DNA of 64,000 bases, from NCBI GenBank assembly GCA_965644295.1, contig CBFFRP010000346.1:1-64000 (forward strand), written 5' to 3'. A model generated the notes under the pieces. It was not told where the DNA came from and searched no databases. It worked only from the letters and a program-made list of their open reading frames with translations. The stretch's first letter is position 1, and every line of letters begins with the position of its first letter. The DNA comes from Paraphysomonas bandaiensis (lineage: Eukaryota; Protista; Chrysophyceae). Positions 36,843 to 47,968 of the stretch are shown here, piece by piece. A program made the position numbers and the translations under genes.

Positions 36843-37681
36843 TTTTCAGTCCTCAATGTGAACAACCCGGATGCTTGACTTCATCAGGCAGCCCAATATC
36901 CCGAATGTTCTTGAGCTGGGCCCATTCCCGGATGTTTGATATCAGCAGGCAGCCCATATACGTTTAGCGAGAATGTATTAAGCAGGAGATCATCCCACAA
37001 GTGAGGGCAGCATTTAGAATTCTCTGAGATGGAAACTGAATAGACAATTTGTCTACGGTATAATTTGTGTGGGAGTAGGGAACTGCCATCTGCTCAGAAA
37101 TGAGGTTGTTGTTCCCGCAAAGGCAATTGTGGAGTTGAACATAGATAGGTAGAGAGGGTGTGTTGGTCTCTATGAGTAAGGAGTGAGGAGACCAACAAGA
37201 AGCATCGGATAATTAATATCAGGACGAGAGCTTCTCGCAATGCCCAGTGTGCCAGATTCCAGGAGATGCTTTGTGACCGTGTGTCAACGTTAATCCATTA
37301 TCTCGAGTAGTTATGGCGTCCGAGGATGCGATTCACTTTGGTCACCGTTCTTCTGCCAGATATTTTTCCTTGTACTCATACGTCCAGTTGGCGTTTTCGT
37401 CATGCTCTCAACGCTCGTTTTGTACATATGTTCAGCTGGAGTCAATACAATACCCCATTGGCGCGATGTCCTACTTATGCTCCTAGTCGTGCTGAGATGG
37501 ATCCCTCGCTTTCCTTTCCGTTATTTGAGGCACACTCCAGTGGCGTACTCACCCGTTAAACACTCCTATTCTAGCAAGACAATCTCATTCCCTAGAGAAC
37601 TGATCCCACGACACTTCCACATGCTACTTGATGAACCATACGCCTAGTAGTGAATGTCTAATTATTTGCAAAATAGTATGT

Positions 37682-38050
37682 GTCAGAACTAATGTAGCGA
37701 AGCAATTTAACTAACAAGTGCTTAACTTTAATATCCTACTCTTTAGCGCTACGAGAGCTGCTTGTGCGTCACTGCAAGCACCAAGGCACAACCACTTTTG
37801 CTCTATCACTCAAAAAAAACGATTGAGCAAACAAAATGTTGATATACCTGACATCTGCTGACTTCAGGGTATTTGGGCCCAGTCTCGGATACCTGTATAT
37901 TCGTCGAGGCCCAAAAACGTTTACACAAGTGATACTAATTAGTGTTCCTTGTACCACACAAGCATTTGGTTATGCATGGCAAAATATTATCTGCTGACTC
38001 TATATGTGGCTCACGCTTGTTCCCCGAAGAAATATCTCCGGTACTTATCC
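37682..38050 (-). repeat. Partial copy of MITE family B (one TIR plus internal part)
   Basis: Reverse-complement match to about 16550-16927 (CACTGCAAGCACCAAGG, GATATACCTGACATCTGCTGACTTCAGGG, CCCGAAGAAATATCTCCGGTAC). Confidence 0.85.
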
Positions 38051-38355
38051 TTACATGACGCACTACTACACCATTGGTACTATGCCATCAATAACGGGCA
38101 CATAATTAATATACCATCGTACCACATACCAGCAGTCTGCTTCATCAGTTGTCGGCCAAAGCATTGTCTGCAGTCTGCTCACAAGGCTATTTTTCTATCG
38201 CAGAACTTCTACTGCAGCACACTCACCTCTAGAGGCATAGAGTTGCCATGATTCAACTATGGTCTCTCGACTAAGTATCACTACACACTAAACTCCTTCC
38301 ACCCTGCACAACTGAGCTCGAAGTGGCTATTTAAACACAAACATACATAGAGGAT

Positions 38356-38580
38356 ATAGTTATATTTAACCACGGGCAATAAGGAGGCTATATCGTCCCG
38401 CGCTCAAAATTTTGAAACGAGGGCGAAAAGCCCGAGTTTTAAAATTTAGACAAGGGACGATACTCCTTATCCCTAGGTTAAATTGTAGCTTATCCTCATG
38501 ACGTTGAAAAGTTAATATTAGATTGTATAGCTATTTGTAGCATGCTTGCTGTATTAAGAAATAGATGTTCCTTGATTAAA
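38356..38580 (+). repeat. Dispersed repeat family R1, copy 3
   Basis: ATAGTTATATTTAACCACGGGCAAT..GGCTATATCGTCCCGCGCTCAAAATTTTGAAACGAGGGCG. Confidence 0.85.
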
Positions 38581-39314
38581 TTAATAACACAAATGAGAAC
38601 TCATATAGTTTCAAATGAATGATATGTATACTGTAAGTGTGATGATAAATGTAAACAGTTGAAGGTGAGAGAGAGGCTTCTTATTGCCTTAATTAGAATC
38701 ATCATCACATTTATATACAGCAGGCTTTACCTCTGCAAGTGCACCTTATCGAAGGATGTGTGTATGATATGAGACACACAATATCCTGAGAAGCATGATA
38801 TGGCTCCAACCCTGAAAGAACTGGGTGCCACTGCTCCAAACCACCTATATAGCATCAGATATGGTACTTAAACTCTCCTGTAATATTCTTGAAGTTGTTT
38901 CGAAGTCCTGGATATGAAGACAGATCACTTGCACTGACATCGTTGTGATCTTACACAGCAGTCGAAGGATGGAATATAATCTGGAGTGTTAGATGATCTG
39001 CTCTTGATATTAGGCTTATGATTGTGGTTTCTCTATAATTGCGTACTATAATAAAATCACGTACATTCGACTGTCATTATCATAATGAAGATAGAAGTGA
39101 GCTTCTGTTCAACCGAATATTGAAGTTGAATGTCTCTATTTGCCCGGTGCTGATATGAGCGCCCTGTTGAGCCCAAGCCAGGTCAAAAAAAAGCATTTTT
39201 TGAGACAAAATGGGGATAGAGTATTATCATACAACATTACACTGGTATTTAACATTTAAAATATAATCTAGTGCCAATATGGTATAAATTATAAATTAAC
39301 TGCATGTTGAATAT

Positions 39315-39579
39315 TATTAGGATTCAGCTTAATACATGATTGTATCTGTGAGTTATAATGTTCAATGAAATATACCATGAACTGAATTAGAGAGAGTATC
39401 TGTCGAAGATACGTGATCGTCATCATAACGTCGTCATTATCAGTTACACTTCTAACTATTCCGTTGTGCATGATAGTACGTTCTACATTGTCATTCATAA
39501 TTTTCACTCTATCGTGTTCATTACTTACACTCTAATAATCACAACATTGTTTTACTATTATAAAGATCAATTCTTTATT
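39315..39579 (+). repeat. 5' LTR
   Basis: Direct repeat of 44794-45058; no difference seen by eye. Confidence 0.95.
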
Positions 39580-39593
39580 TGGTAGCGGATGGT
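39580..39593 (+). promoter_or_regulatory. Primer binding site, probably initiator tRNA-Met
   Basis: TGGTAGCGGATGGT directly after the LTR. It is complementary to a tRNA ending ...GCUACCA (U72, A73, as in eukaryotic initiator tRNA). Confidence 0.7.
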
Positions 39594-42500
39594 AGTTAAA
39601 GTTACAAGTTACCACTCAACCGACTCGGATTCGACAACCGACAAGCGAAAGGACTCAATGCCAAAATTCGATGCGAAGAACTTCTCCAGGTGGCAGAAGA
39701 AGTGCCGTGCATGGTTCTATCGCAAGCCTAAGATCGTTTATACTCTACAGAACGATCACCCAATTGAGCCTGAAGCAGGAGAAAACTCAGATGACGAGGA
39801 CTACCAGTATCGACTCGAACAGTATCAGGATGCGAAACGATATTATGATGAAGGTAATAACTACCTATGGTCAGTAGTCATTGCAAGCTCTATCATTGGT
39901 CAGAATGAAGAGGCTGAGGGGATTTTGGAGAACGTCCCCGATGGAGACGGTAAAACCGCCTGGACGGACTTGCTCAACCACTTCAAAGAAAAAACGACTA
40001 ACGATGTAATCACCGATCTGATTGGCCAGTTTCAGAGCATAAAAATCAAAAAAGGTCAGTCGATAATCAACTTCCTTGACGCTGTCGAAAAGCTCCGAAA
40101 CAAGCTGATTAATTATGGTCATCGGATAAGTGACCAAGATCTTATCTCACGCATTCGCCAAGGCCTGGTATCCAAAGAAAATATGACATATCGAGAACTG
40201 GCGATCAACCTGCAGATGCACCCTATCGATGACTACAAAACACTCATACGCAGACTACGCGGATTAGGAAGCTCGTCTGTTGGAATGCTCTTGTCAAGCA
40301 ACGAAGAATCAAAAACCGACAGTATTCAGCTTGCAGCCTCAAAACCCCCATTTTTCAAAAGTAAAGTGAATTCCAAGCGCAAAAAGGGGACATCTTTCAG
40401 AAACCATTCCAATAAACCGAAACATGACAAGAGAGCTGACAAAGACATACATTAAGTGCTTCCGATGCGATTGAAAAGGACACATCGCTTCAGAATGCAA
40501 ACACTCATGGGAAAGAATCCAACAGATGAAGAATTCCTCTGGAAACAAATCAACCAGTAGGAAATTCAAAAAAGTTAGATTCCAGACCCACCAGAGCACT
40601 GAAAACGACGAATCCGACCAGTTTGCAGATTATGAAGACAGTGGTCCACTACAACAGAAAGGACGAGACTTCGGAGGAGTCGGATATCCAACAAACGACG
40701 AAACGAACTTCGTTTTTGATCAAGAAGCCGGAATGGGGACCCTTGATTCTGGCTGCACAGTCTCCATCACACCTGAAGCCGGATACATCACCAATTATGA
40801 GGAATGCCTCACCGACATTCAAACAGCTAAGTCAGGATCAACTATGACCTCTTCAGGACATGGAAGACTTGGTATTATCCCCAAGTGCAAGAACGTGGAC
40901 CATGCTTCAAGGACACTCGTGTCCATCAGCCAATTAGATGACCTAGGGTATAAAATCTTGTTCGGAAACCAATCAGTTGAGATATATAAAGATGAAATAC
41001 TGCTATCAAAGGGTAAGAGAGTTGGAGGCCTATATGAAATTCCGTTAACAGACCTCGGTACTCCTATTGACGTATCCCACCTTGCTTCAACTGCTTCAGG
41101 CCCACTCGCAACCCTAGCACATAAGAGATTGGCACATTCTTCAATTGGACTCATACAGAAAGCTGTACAGTCAAAATTAGTAACGGGTATTAAGTTAACG
41201 AAGTCGGAGATGAATGCTACTTCTTTACCGGGTGGCATATGTGATGGTTGTGCTAGTGGTAAATCTCATCGCCGAAAACATAGACACGCTATCAGACAAA
41301 TGCTGCTCAAGCGTGTAAGAAGAGCGAATGAGCTGGGGGAGCTAGTAGTAGCCGATTTTTCTGGACCCCATGCACCAGAGGCAATCATTACTGGCAACCG
41401 TTACATACTCGGGATGACAGATGTAGCTTCCAGACACCAATGGGACTCCTACGGACAAACGAGAGATGAAGATTTTGTCATCCAATCCATACAGAAAGTT
41501 GTTATGTATCTACATAGTAAAGGCAAACGCCTACAACATTATCATGCGGATGGCGGGAAGGAACTGGTATCAAGAAAAGTTCTAGAGTATCTTCAATCAA
41601 TAGGGGCTACATGGACTTTCAACTCCCCGTATACCCCCGAGGATAACCCATTCCAAGAGCGATCATGGCGGACAACTAAAGAACGAGCACTCAGCAGCCT
41701 TATCGACTCTGGACTCCCACCGAATTTCTGGGAACAAGCCTCAAGGGCGACAATACACATCAAGAACAGGTTACCGTGTCAAACAGCTAAAGGATTTATG
41801 TCTCCACTTCAGTTTATCGAAAACGAAATACCAGACTTGAGTTATGCCAGAATATGGGGATGTAAATGCTTTGTGAATATCGATTCCAGTCTCCGAAAGA
41901 ACAATTGGGACAGACATAGCTGGCCTGGGTATTTTATGGGCTATCGAGAGGATGGTCCTGGATATATAGTCTTTGTTCCCGCATTAAGAGACTTTGTTAT
42001 ATCAGGACATGTATTTTTCAACGAATGTGTTCCACCAGCGGATAAGAGATATTTTAAGGAGATAAATGAGATCTTCAGAGAGAATGAGACCACCAGGACA
42101 GTAGAAAGTTTCAAATATCTCATAGGTCTAGCACATATAGATCCAGACGATGGATTAACATATGTAACGACTCAAATAAAGCTCAGAAAAGGATTAATTG
42201 CAGCGTATCGTGGTCTAGTGGACGACAGCGGTGACACTACACGAATCATCCAGCTCGACGACCCCATTCATGCTGCAGACGTCGAAAAGTACACTGAAGA
42301 ATACATAGAACTCAAAGCAGTTGGTCTCAAATGTAATACTTCTCGATCAAAAACCCCAATACATAAAAATCCAGCAAATCAGATCGAGACCCCGATACAG
42401 TTAATGAATCTCCAGCGCCAGACGCTACTTCCAGGGGGAGTGGCGTGAATCTAAGACATCATGATGCCGCGCAGGAGAGAATCAGCAGCCATCGGGATGA

Positions 42501-44593
42501 ACCTACCCACTCCGATGCAAAGATAGCGAAGACTCGCCCTTCGAAACAATTCAATGGGAATCTAGTGCCAAATCCGGCACCACACAGTCAAGTGGATCGT
42601 GTGTGTCAGCGTGTGGCCAAACGCTGTTATAAGCCTGCTGATTCATCGGGAGATTGGGAAAATCAGGGTACACCTGAAGGGCCAAGTAAGGTCCGTGCTA
42701 CAGCAAAACAACAATTTTTAGCTGGTAGAAAGAGTGTTCTCCGAAGCAGGAGAATGGCCAGGAAACGGGTAATTGTAAATATACATAAACTTGGTGATGG
42801 TGTATATACATGTGATGTAAATGCTAAACATGTAGTAAATCATATGGCACATGATACACAATGTATATCAAAATTACATATAAACAATATTGATATTGTT
42901 ATGCATGCTATCAGTAATTGCGATGACATTGACGAGCTAACTGATACACCAAAGAGTGTTCAAGATGCTATTTCAGGTAAATATAAACAGCAGTGGATCG
43001 ATGCTATCAACAGAGAAATATCCACTCTTCAGAGGAAAGGATGCTGGAGATACACTGCGTTACCACCTGGAGCAAGAGCCATAAAAGGGGAAACTCATAT
43101 TCAAAATAAAAAGAAAACAGAATGATATCAAATTCAAGGCTCGACTGGTCGCACAGGGTTTTACTCAAATCCAAGGCACCGATTATAATGATACATACAG
43201 CCCCGTCGCGAAGGCTACATCACTACGTACAATTATTGCCCTTTCGACTATTACGAAACTCAAATTGCACCAAATCGATTTCACAACTGCGTACATCAAT
43301 GCTGACCTCGAAGAGGACATATACATGCATCCCCCTCCTGGCATGGACGTCCCTGACGGAAAAGTCCTCAAACTGATGAAAAGCATCTACGGTCTAAAGC
43401 AAGCAGGTCTTAACTGGTATAAGTGCTGTACAAATTTTATGCTAGATATGGGTTTCACCAGACTAATATCTGACCCGTGTATATTCAAAAAGCAGATTAA
43501 TGGCAGGATTATGCTAATAGCCATGTATGTGGACGATATTATTATAGCATCTACATCCGACACTGATATCCAACAATTCAAAGACCATTTATCCAAAAAG
43601 TTCGAAATTACGGATCTCGGACTCCTAGATTATTACTTGGGCATCTCCATTCATCAAGATTTTGACAAAAATATCACGACTCTCAGTCAGGAGCAGTATG
43701 TCAGAAAACTGCTGGACAAATTCAACATGTCCAACAGTAAACCCATGTCAACACCTATGTTACTGTCTTTCAACTATGATTTACATGAATACAATCATCT
43801 TTCAGAGTCAAATCAAAGTTCTGTTCAGAATTTCCCCTACAAGGAGCTCATAGGTTCCCTAATGTATCTAGCTGTATGCACTCGACCGGATATCGCCTAC
43901 GCAGTCAATACTCTTGCCAGATTTTCTGATATGCCTAATCTAACTACCTGTAATGCTGCGTTACATGTTCTTAGGTATCTCAAAGGCACTGCTAAGCAAG
44001 GATTGATATATTCTGGATCCCACATAACATTGTCAGGATACTGCGATAGCGATTGGGCACGATGTCACCTCACTCGACGGTCCACTACAGCTTTTACATT
44101 CTTCATAGGTAATTGTCTTATATCATGGCAATCTCGATTACAGACAACTGTGGCATTGTCATCTACTGAAGCTGAGTATATGGCTCTATCGTCAGCAGCT
44201 CAGGAAGCATTATGGCTACGCTCTTTATTATCAGAAATTGGTTTCAAACTTCCATTCTCAACAACTATTTGGTGCGATAATAAAGGGGCAGTCCAATTAT
44301 GTTACAATCCTACTCATCATCGTCGTACGAAACATATTGCGATACGGTATCATTTCATTCGAGAAAATATTGCCGAAAACCAATTGACTGTTGACCATAT
44401 TCCCACCACGTCAATGTTAGCCGATCTTCTCACGAAACCACTAGGAACAACTAATTTTCTTCAATTGCGAACTACATTGATGGGGGGAGCTGGGTTCGAC
44501 ATCCCATCCAGCAGCAACAGAAAGCGATCAACAACCTCAGAGACACCTAAATCACAATTAACAAGCCACAAGCGACCTAGGTGGCTAGTTTGA
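39589..44593 (+). pseudogene. Copia gag-pol, interrupted by frameshifts and one in-frame stop
   Basis: Gag; Zn knuckle CFRCD*KGHIASEC (TGA at 40472); protease LDSGC; integrase HKRLAH..CDGC, ADFSGP, HADGGKE, NPFQERSW; RT FKARLVAQG and MYVDDI; RNase H YCDSDWA, STEAEY, CDNKGA. Frame breaks near 40450, 42350-42450 and 43090. Confidence 0.9.
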
Positions 44594-44793
44594 GTTACAC
44601 GGAGTTTTTACCATTTTTTTTTACTTTTATTCAATACATGATGCTGGACTAGAAGGGTGGTCTCACAATATGGCATCTCTGCAGTTCGCTTATTATTGAC
44701 TAGTGACTACTACTCTGGTTTTTACTCTCAGTGTGCATAAGTTCATATTCTCTCTATTATCTACGGTTCACTGATTATTTCATTGAGGGGGCG

Positions 44794-45058
44794 TATTAGG
44801 ATTCAGCTTAATACATGATTGTATCTGTGAGTTATAATGTTCAATGAAATATACCATGAACTGAATTAGAGAGAGTATCTGTCGAAGATACGTGATCGTC
44901 ATCATAACGTCGTCATTATCAGTTACACTTCTAACTATTCCGTTGTGCATGATAGTACGTTCTACATTGTCATTCATAATTTTCACTCTATCGTGTTCAT
45001 TACTTACACTCTAATAATCACAACATTGTTTTACTATTATAAAGATCAATTCTTTATT
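44794..45058 (+). repeat. 3' LTR
   Basis: Follows the PPT, repeats the 5' LTR and is followed by AATAT. Confidence 0.95.
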
Positions 45059-45597
45059 AATATATATGTTCGGAGCACTATTAAATTCAAATACTTGTAC
45101 AGTTCACTACCTTTTTCGATGCACTTCTTCCTTAATATTCGAGTTCACAAAACTGCCCATGCAGGACATTTGAAATCAATATCGCAGGGTGCAAGTTGAT
45201 AAAGTAACACAGAAAAATATAACAAATAGGTGTTTACTTCAACGAAACAAAATGAGAAGCAGAATGCATACGCTACATTTACTATACTACATAATAAGCT
45301 GCTATATACTTTTCACTTTGAATCACTTTCACAACTTTCTAACAACAGGTACATAGAACAACGTATGGAGGAAGTACTCATGTGCCGAAATTGCAATCAC
45401 TGACTATAATTCATCAGAACTGGCGGTATTATCTACAGCAATAACACAACAAAAAATGGTATAGGGTTTGTGAGTTTTAGATTCGTCTGGTGTCCCAGGT
45501 AAATAGACACGCCGTACGTGGAACAACAGAAAAGGCGCCATTGAACCCTGTGCCGCCGTATAGCACGTCGCTGTGAAATTAAAATCCGGCGGAAGAA

Positions 45598-47244
45598 CTA
45601 TGAGAACGAATGCATTCGAGGCCTCACAAAAGTCTCTTGCATGCCTTGTAGCCGTTCTTCTAGGCTCCTCGCATACGACTTCTGATACTCAAGCTCCTGC
45701 TCAAGTGGGGTCTTGAGTGAACTATAGTGCTGCAGACATTGCTTCGCAGTAGGTCGATTCTTTGGATCCGGAGCCATAAGAATCGACAAAATGCTATGTA
45801 ATTCGCCTGGTGAACTCTCTGGAAGACTGAACACACCGTCTCGTAGGTTATGCCATTCAGTTCCATTAGATTCCATAACCCTCCCAGTGTAGAGCTCGTA
45901 TGCTGACCATATAAGGTTAGCCCAAGAAAAAATATAAAAACCAACATCCTGTCGCTCACCTGTAACACCAAGCGAGAAGATATCACATTTGGTGATGTCC
46001 TGAACGGGACCCCAATTCAGCAGCTCCCGTGCCATATATCGACTATCCCCCTCTTCCACATTACCATTAAACTTCCCGTTCGTCAGGTGCAAAGCTAGGC
46101 CGAAATCCCCAAGTTTATATCTATTACGTTTGACCAATATATTCCCAGGTTTGACATCCAAATGTACAAACTCATTGCTGCATAAATAATTTGATAAGAC
46201 GATGTGTTTACAGTTAGAACTCTCAACCTGTGTAACATATCAAGTGCATTGAGAATATCCCTGAGGAGTGTGAAAATGCTCGATCTATCGAACGTCGATG
46301 TATCTTGCGCACATGCATCACAGAGCTCCATTTGAATGCAGAGGTACTCGTCCTCCATCCAAGCGCTGTAGTATCGTACTACAGAGGATGCCTTTTCTGG
46401 ATCTTCATTAGCAGACAACGCCGCTAATGCTTGTACCTGCATAACTACATTAGTTTTCATCGCTGCAGCTACACAACTCAACCTCATGCATCATAGCAGT
46501 TCGCTCGGTCTGATTGTGGGGACGCTTGCGGGACTTCTTGACGGCGTAGACGACCCCATCTAGAAGTGCTTCTGCTCGATAGACAGTACCAAATGTTCCA
46601 GTTCCTAGTATAACTATCACACTCTCTCCAAAACAACACGATTTTGACGACTAACCTATTACGTCTAATATCCGGAATTCGTTGTTTAGCCGCGAGTATG
46701 AGCTAGCATGTAGTCCACTTAAGCTATCTTCGTAAGGAGTACTAGGAATATCGATCACATCCACTGGACTTTTCTTTAATTTCTTCGCCGGGGCTGCCAT
46801 CTGACCAATGTCAAAACTGGCTGTTCTTCCCCACTGTCTAGTTGTTGGTGTCTACATACGCATTACGACAGCAGCACTCTAAACTAATCATAACGTACCA
46901 CAGCTGGTGACTCAGTAAAAAAAGAAGAAAAATTAAATCGGCCACTCAGTGGACGCGTGAGGGATGATGGTCTACTTGCATTTGACTCAGATCGGCTACA
47001 TTGATCGATTGCAAGCTCTTCAAGTGCAGAAATATCATCCATCATATCGCCATCATTCTCACACTCGAAACACTTTTCTTCATTCGACTCACCGCCAAAG
47101 AAGGACATACGTGATAAAAACGCCGGTATTTGAATTTTCTAAAATATGGAAATATTATAAGACTGTGTACCCCTCAATCGCCAATGCACTTACAAGGCTT
47201 CCATCTTCACCTTTCATAGATGCAGTGAGCGATCTTGCTGACAT
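45598..47244 (-). CDS. WEE1: Wee1-family protein kinase, multi-exon
   Basis: GTGTFGTVY, YAVKKS, VVRYYSAWMED..IQMELC, HLDVKPGNI, KLGDFGLA, and the Wee1 signature EEGDSRYM. Confidence 0.9.
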
Positions 47245-47968
47245 AGTTTATAGACTTTATAGAACGGTTGTAGCGGTTAGAGCCGTTGCTACTTTAGGGA
47301 ATAGCTAACAGGATCAGAACTCAGTTACACTCAAATATCGGATATGTATATTCTACTTAATAGTGTTGCTATCAATTTTCATTCACACACTAATAAGGTA
47401 TGAATAGTTTTCGAGCATACAGCTCTAATATAGTTTAAACAATGAGCTACATACTATAACAGCAGGTGGACTGTTGGGTTGTACGCCAATTGGTAGTGTA
47501 TCATATATAGACGTACTGTAGGACAATCCTCGTCCTTTTCCCTCACTGTGTTCAAAAAATTATGAAATTTGAAATTAGAACTAGTATTTGTGGGTACAAG
47601 AAGCCAACTGCCAACTTTTTCTGAAATTTTGTTGGATATTAGTGTCTTCAGCATACTCTTTACTTTTCTCTACTATAAATTATTTGTACCCACAGAATAT
47701 CAGTATAAAAATAAAATACTGGAGTTTTATTCAATAACTAGGATTTCAGCAGTGGATGGGAAGAAAATATTGATTTTTTTGAATATTTTTTTATCCGGTG
47801 TTGTGTTTCTACTTTTAAATTGCTATGCTCCTTAATTCTATGCTAGAGTTGAGCTACTCAGTGGTATTATCTTGCACTGGGGTTTAGGAAAGAGAAGTAA
47901 GCGTTCTGTATGGTATATGGTTGTGTGGGTAAGTAATTGAGAATTGGCGTGTTGTTTTCCAATTAGAT

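Larger units (their letters stand above)
39315..45058 (+). mobile_element. Full-length Ty1/Copia LTR retrotransposon (5744 bp)
   Basis: Two 265-bp LTRs, AATAT 5-bp TSD, PBS at 39580, PPT ATTGAGGGGGCG before 44794. Domain order gag-PR-INT-RT-RNase H. Confidence 0.97.

Noticed and set aside
36850-37650. Higher-GC stretch between MITE B copies
   Set aside because: No recognisable coding or RNA-gene structure.
39289-39507. Duplicated small ORF MKIMNDNVER (also 44780-44986)
   Set aside because: Antisense frame within the two LTRs.
40472-40474. TGA recoding (alternative genetic code or selenocysteine)
   Set aside because: TGA terminates other genes here (for example at 27173 and 32952), and this codon sits at a non-Cys position in a lesioned element.
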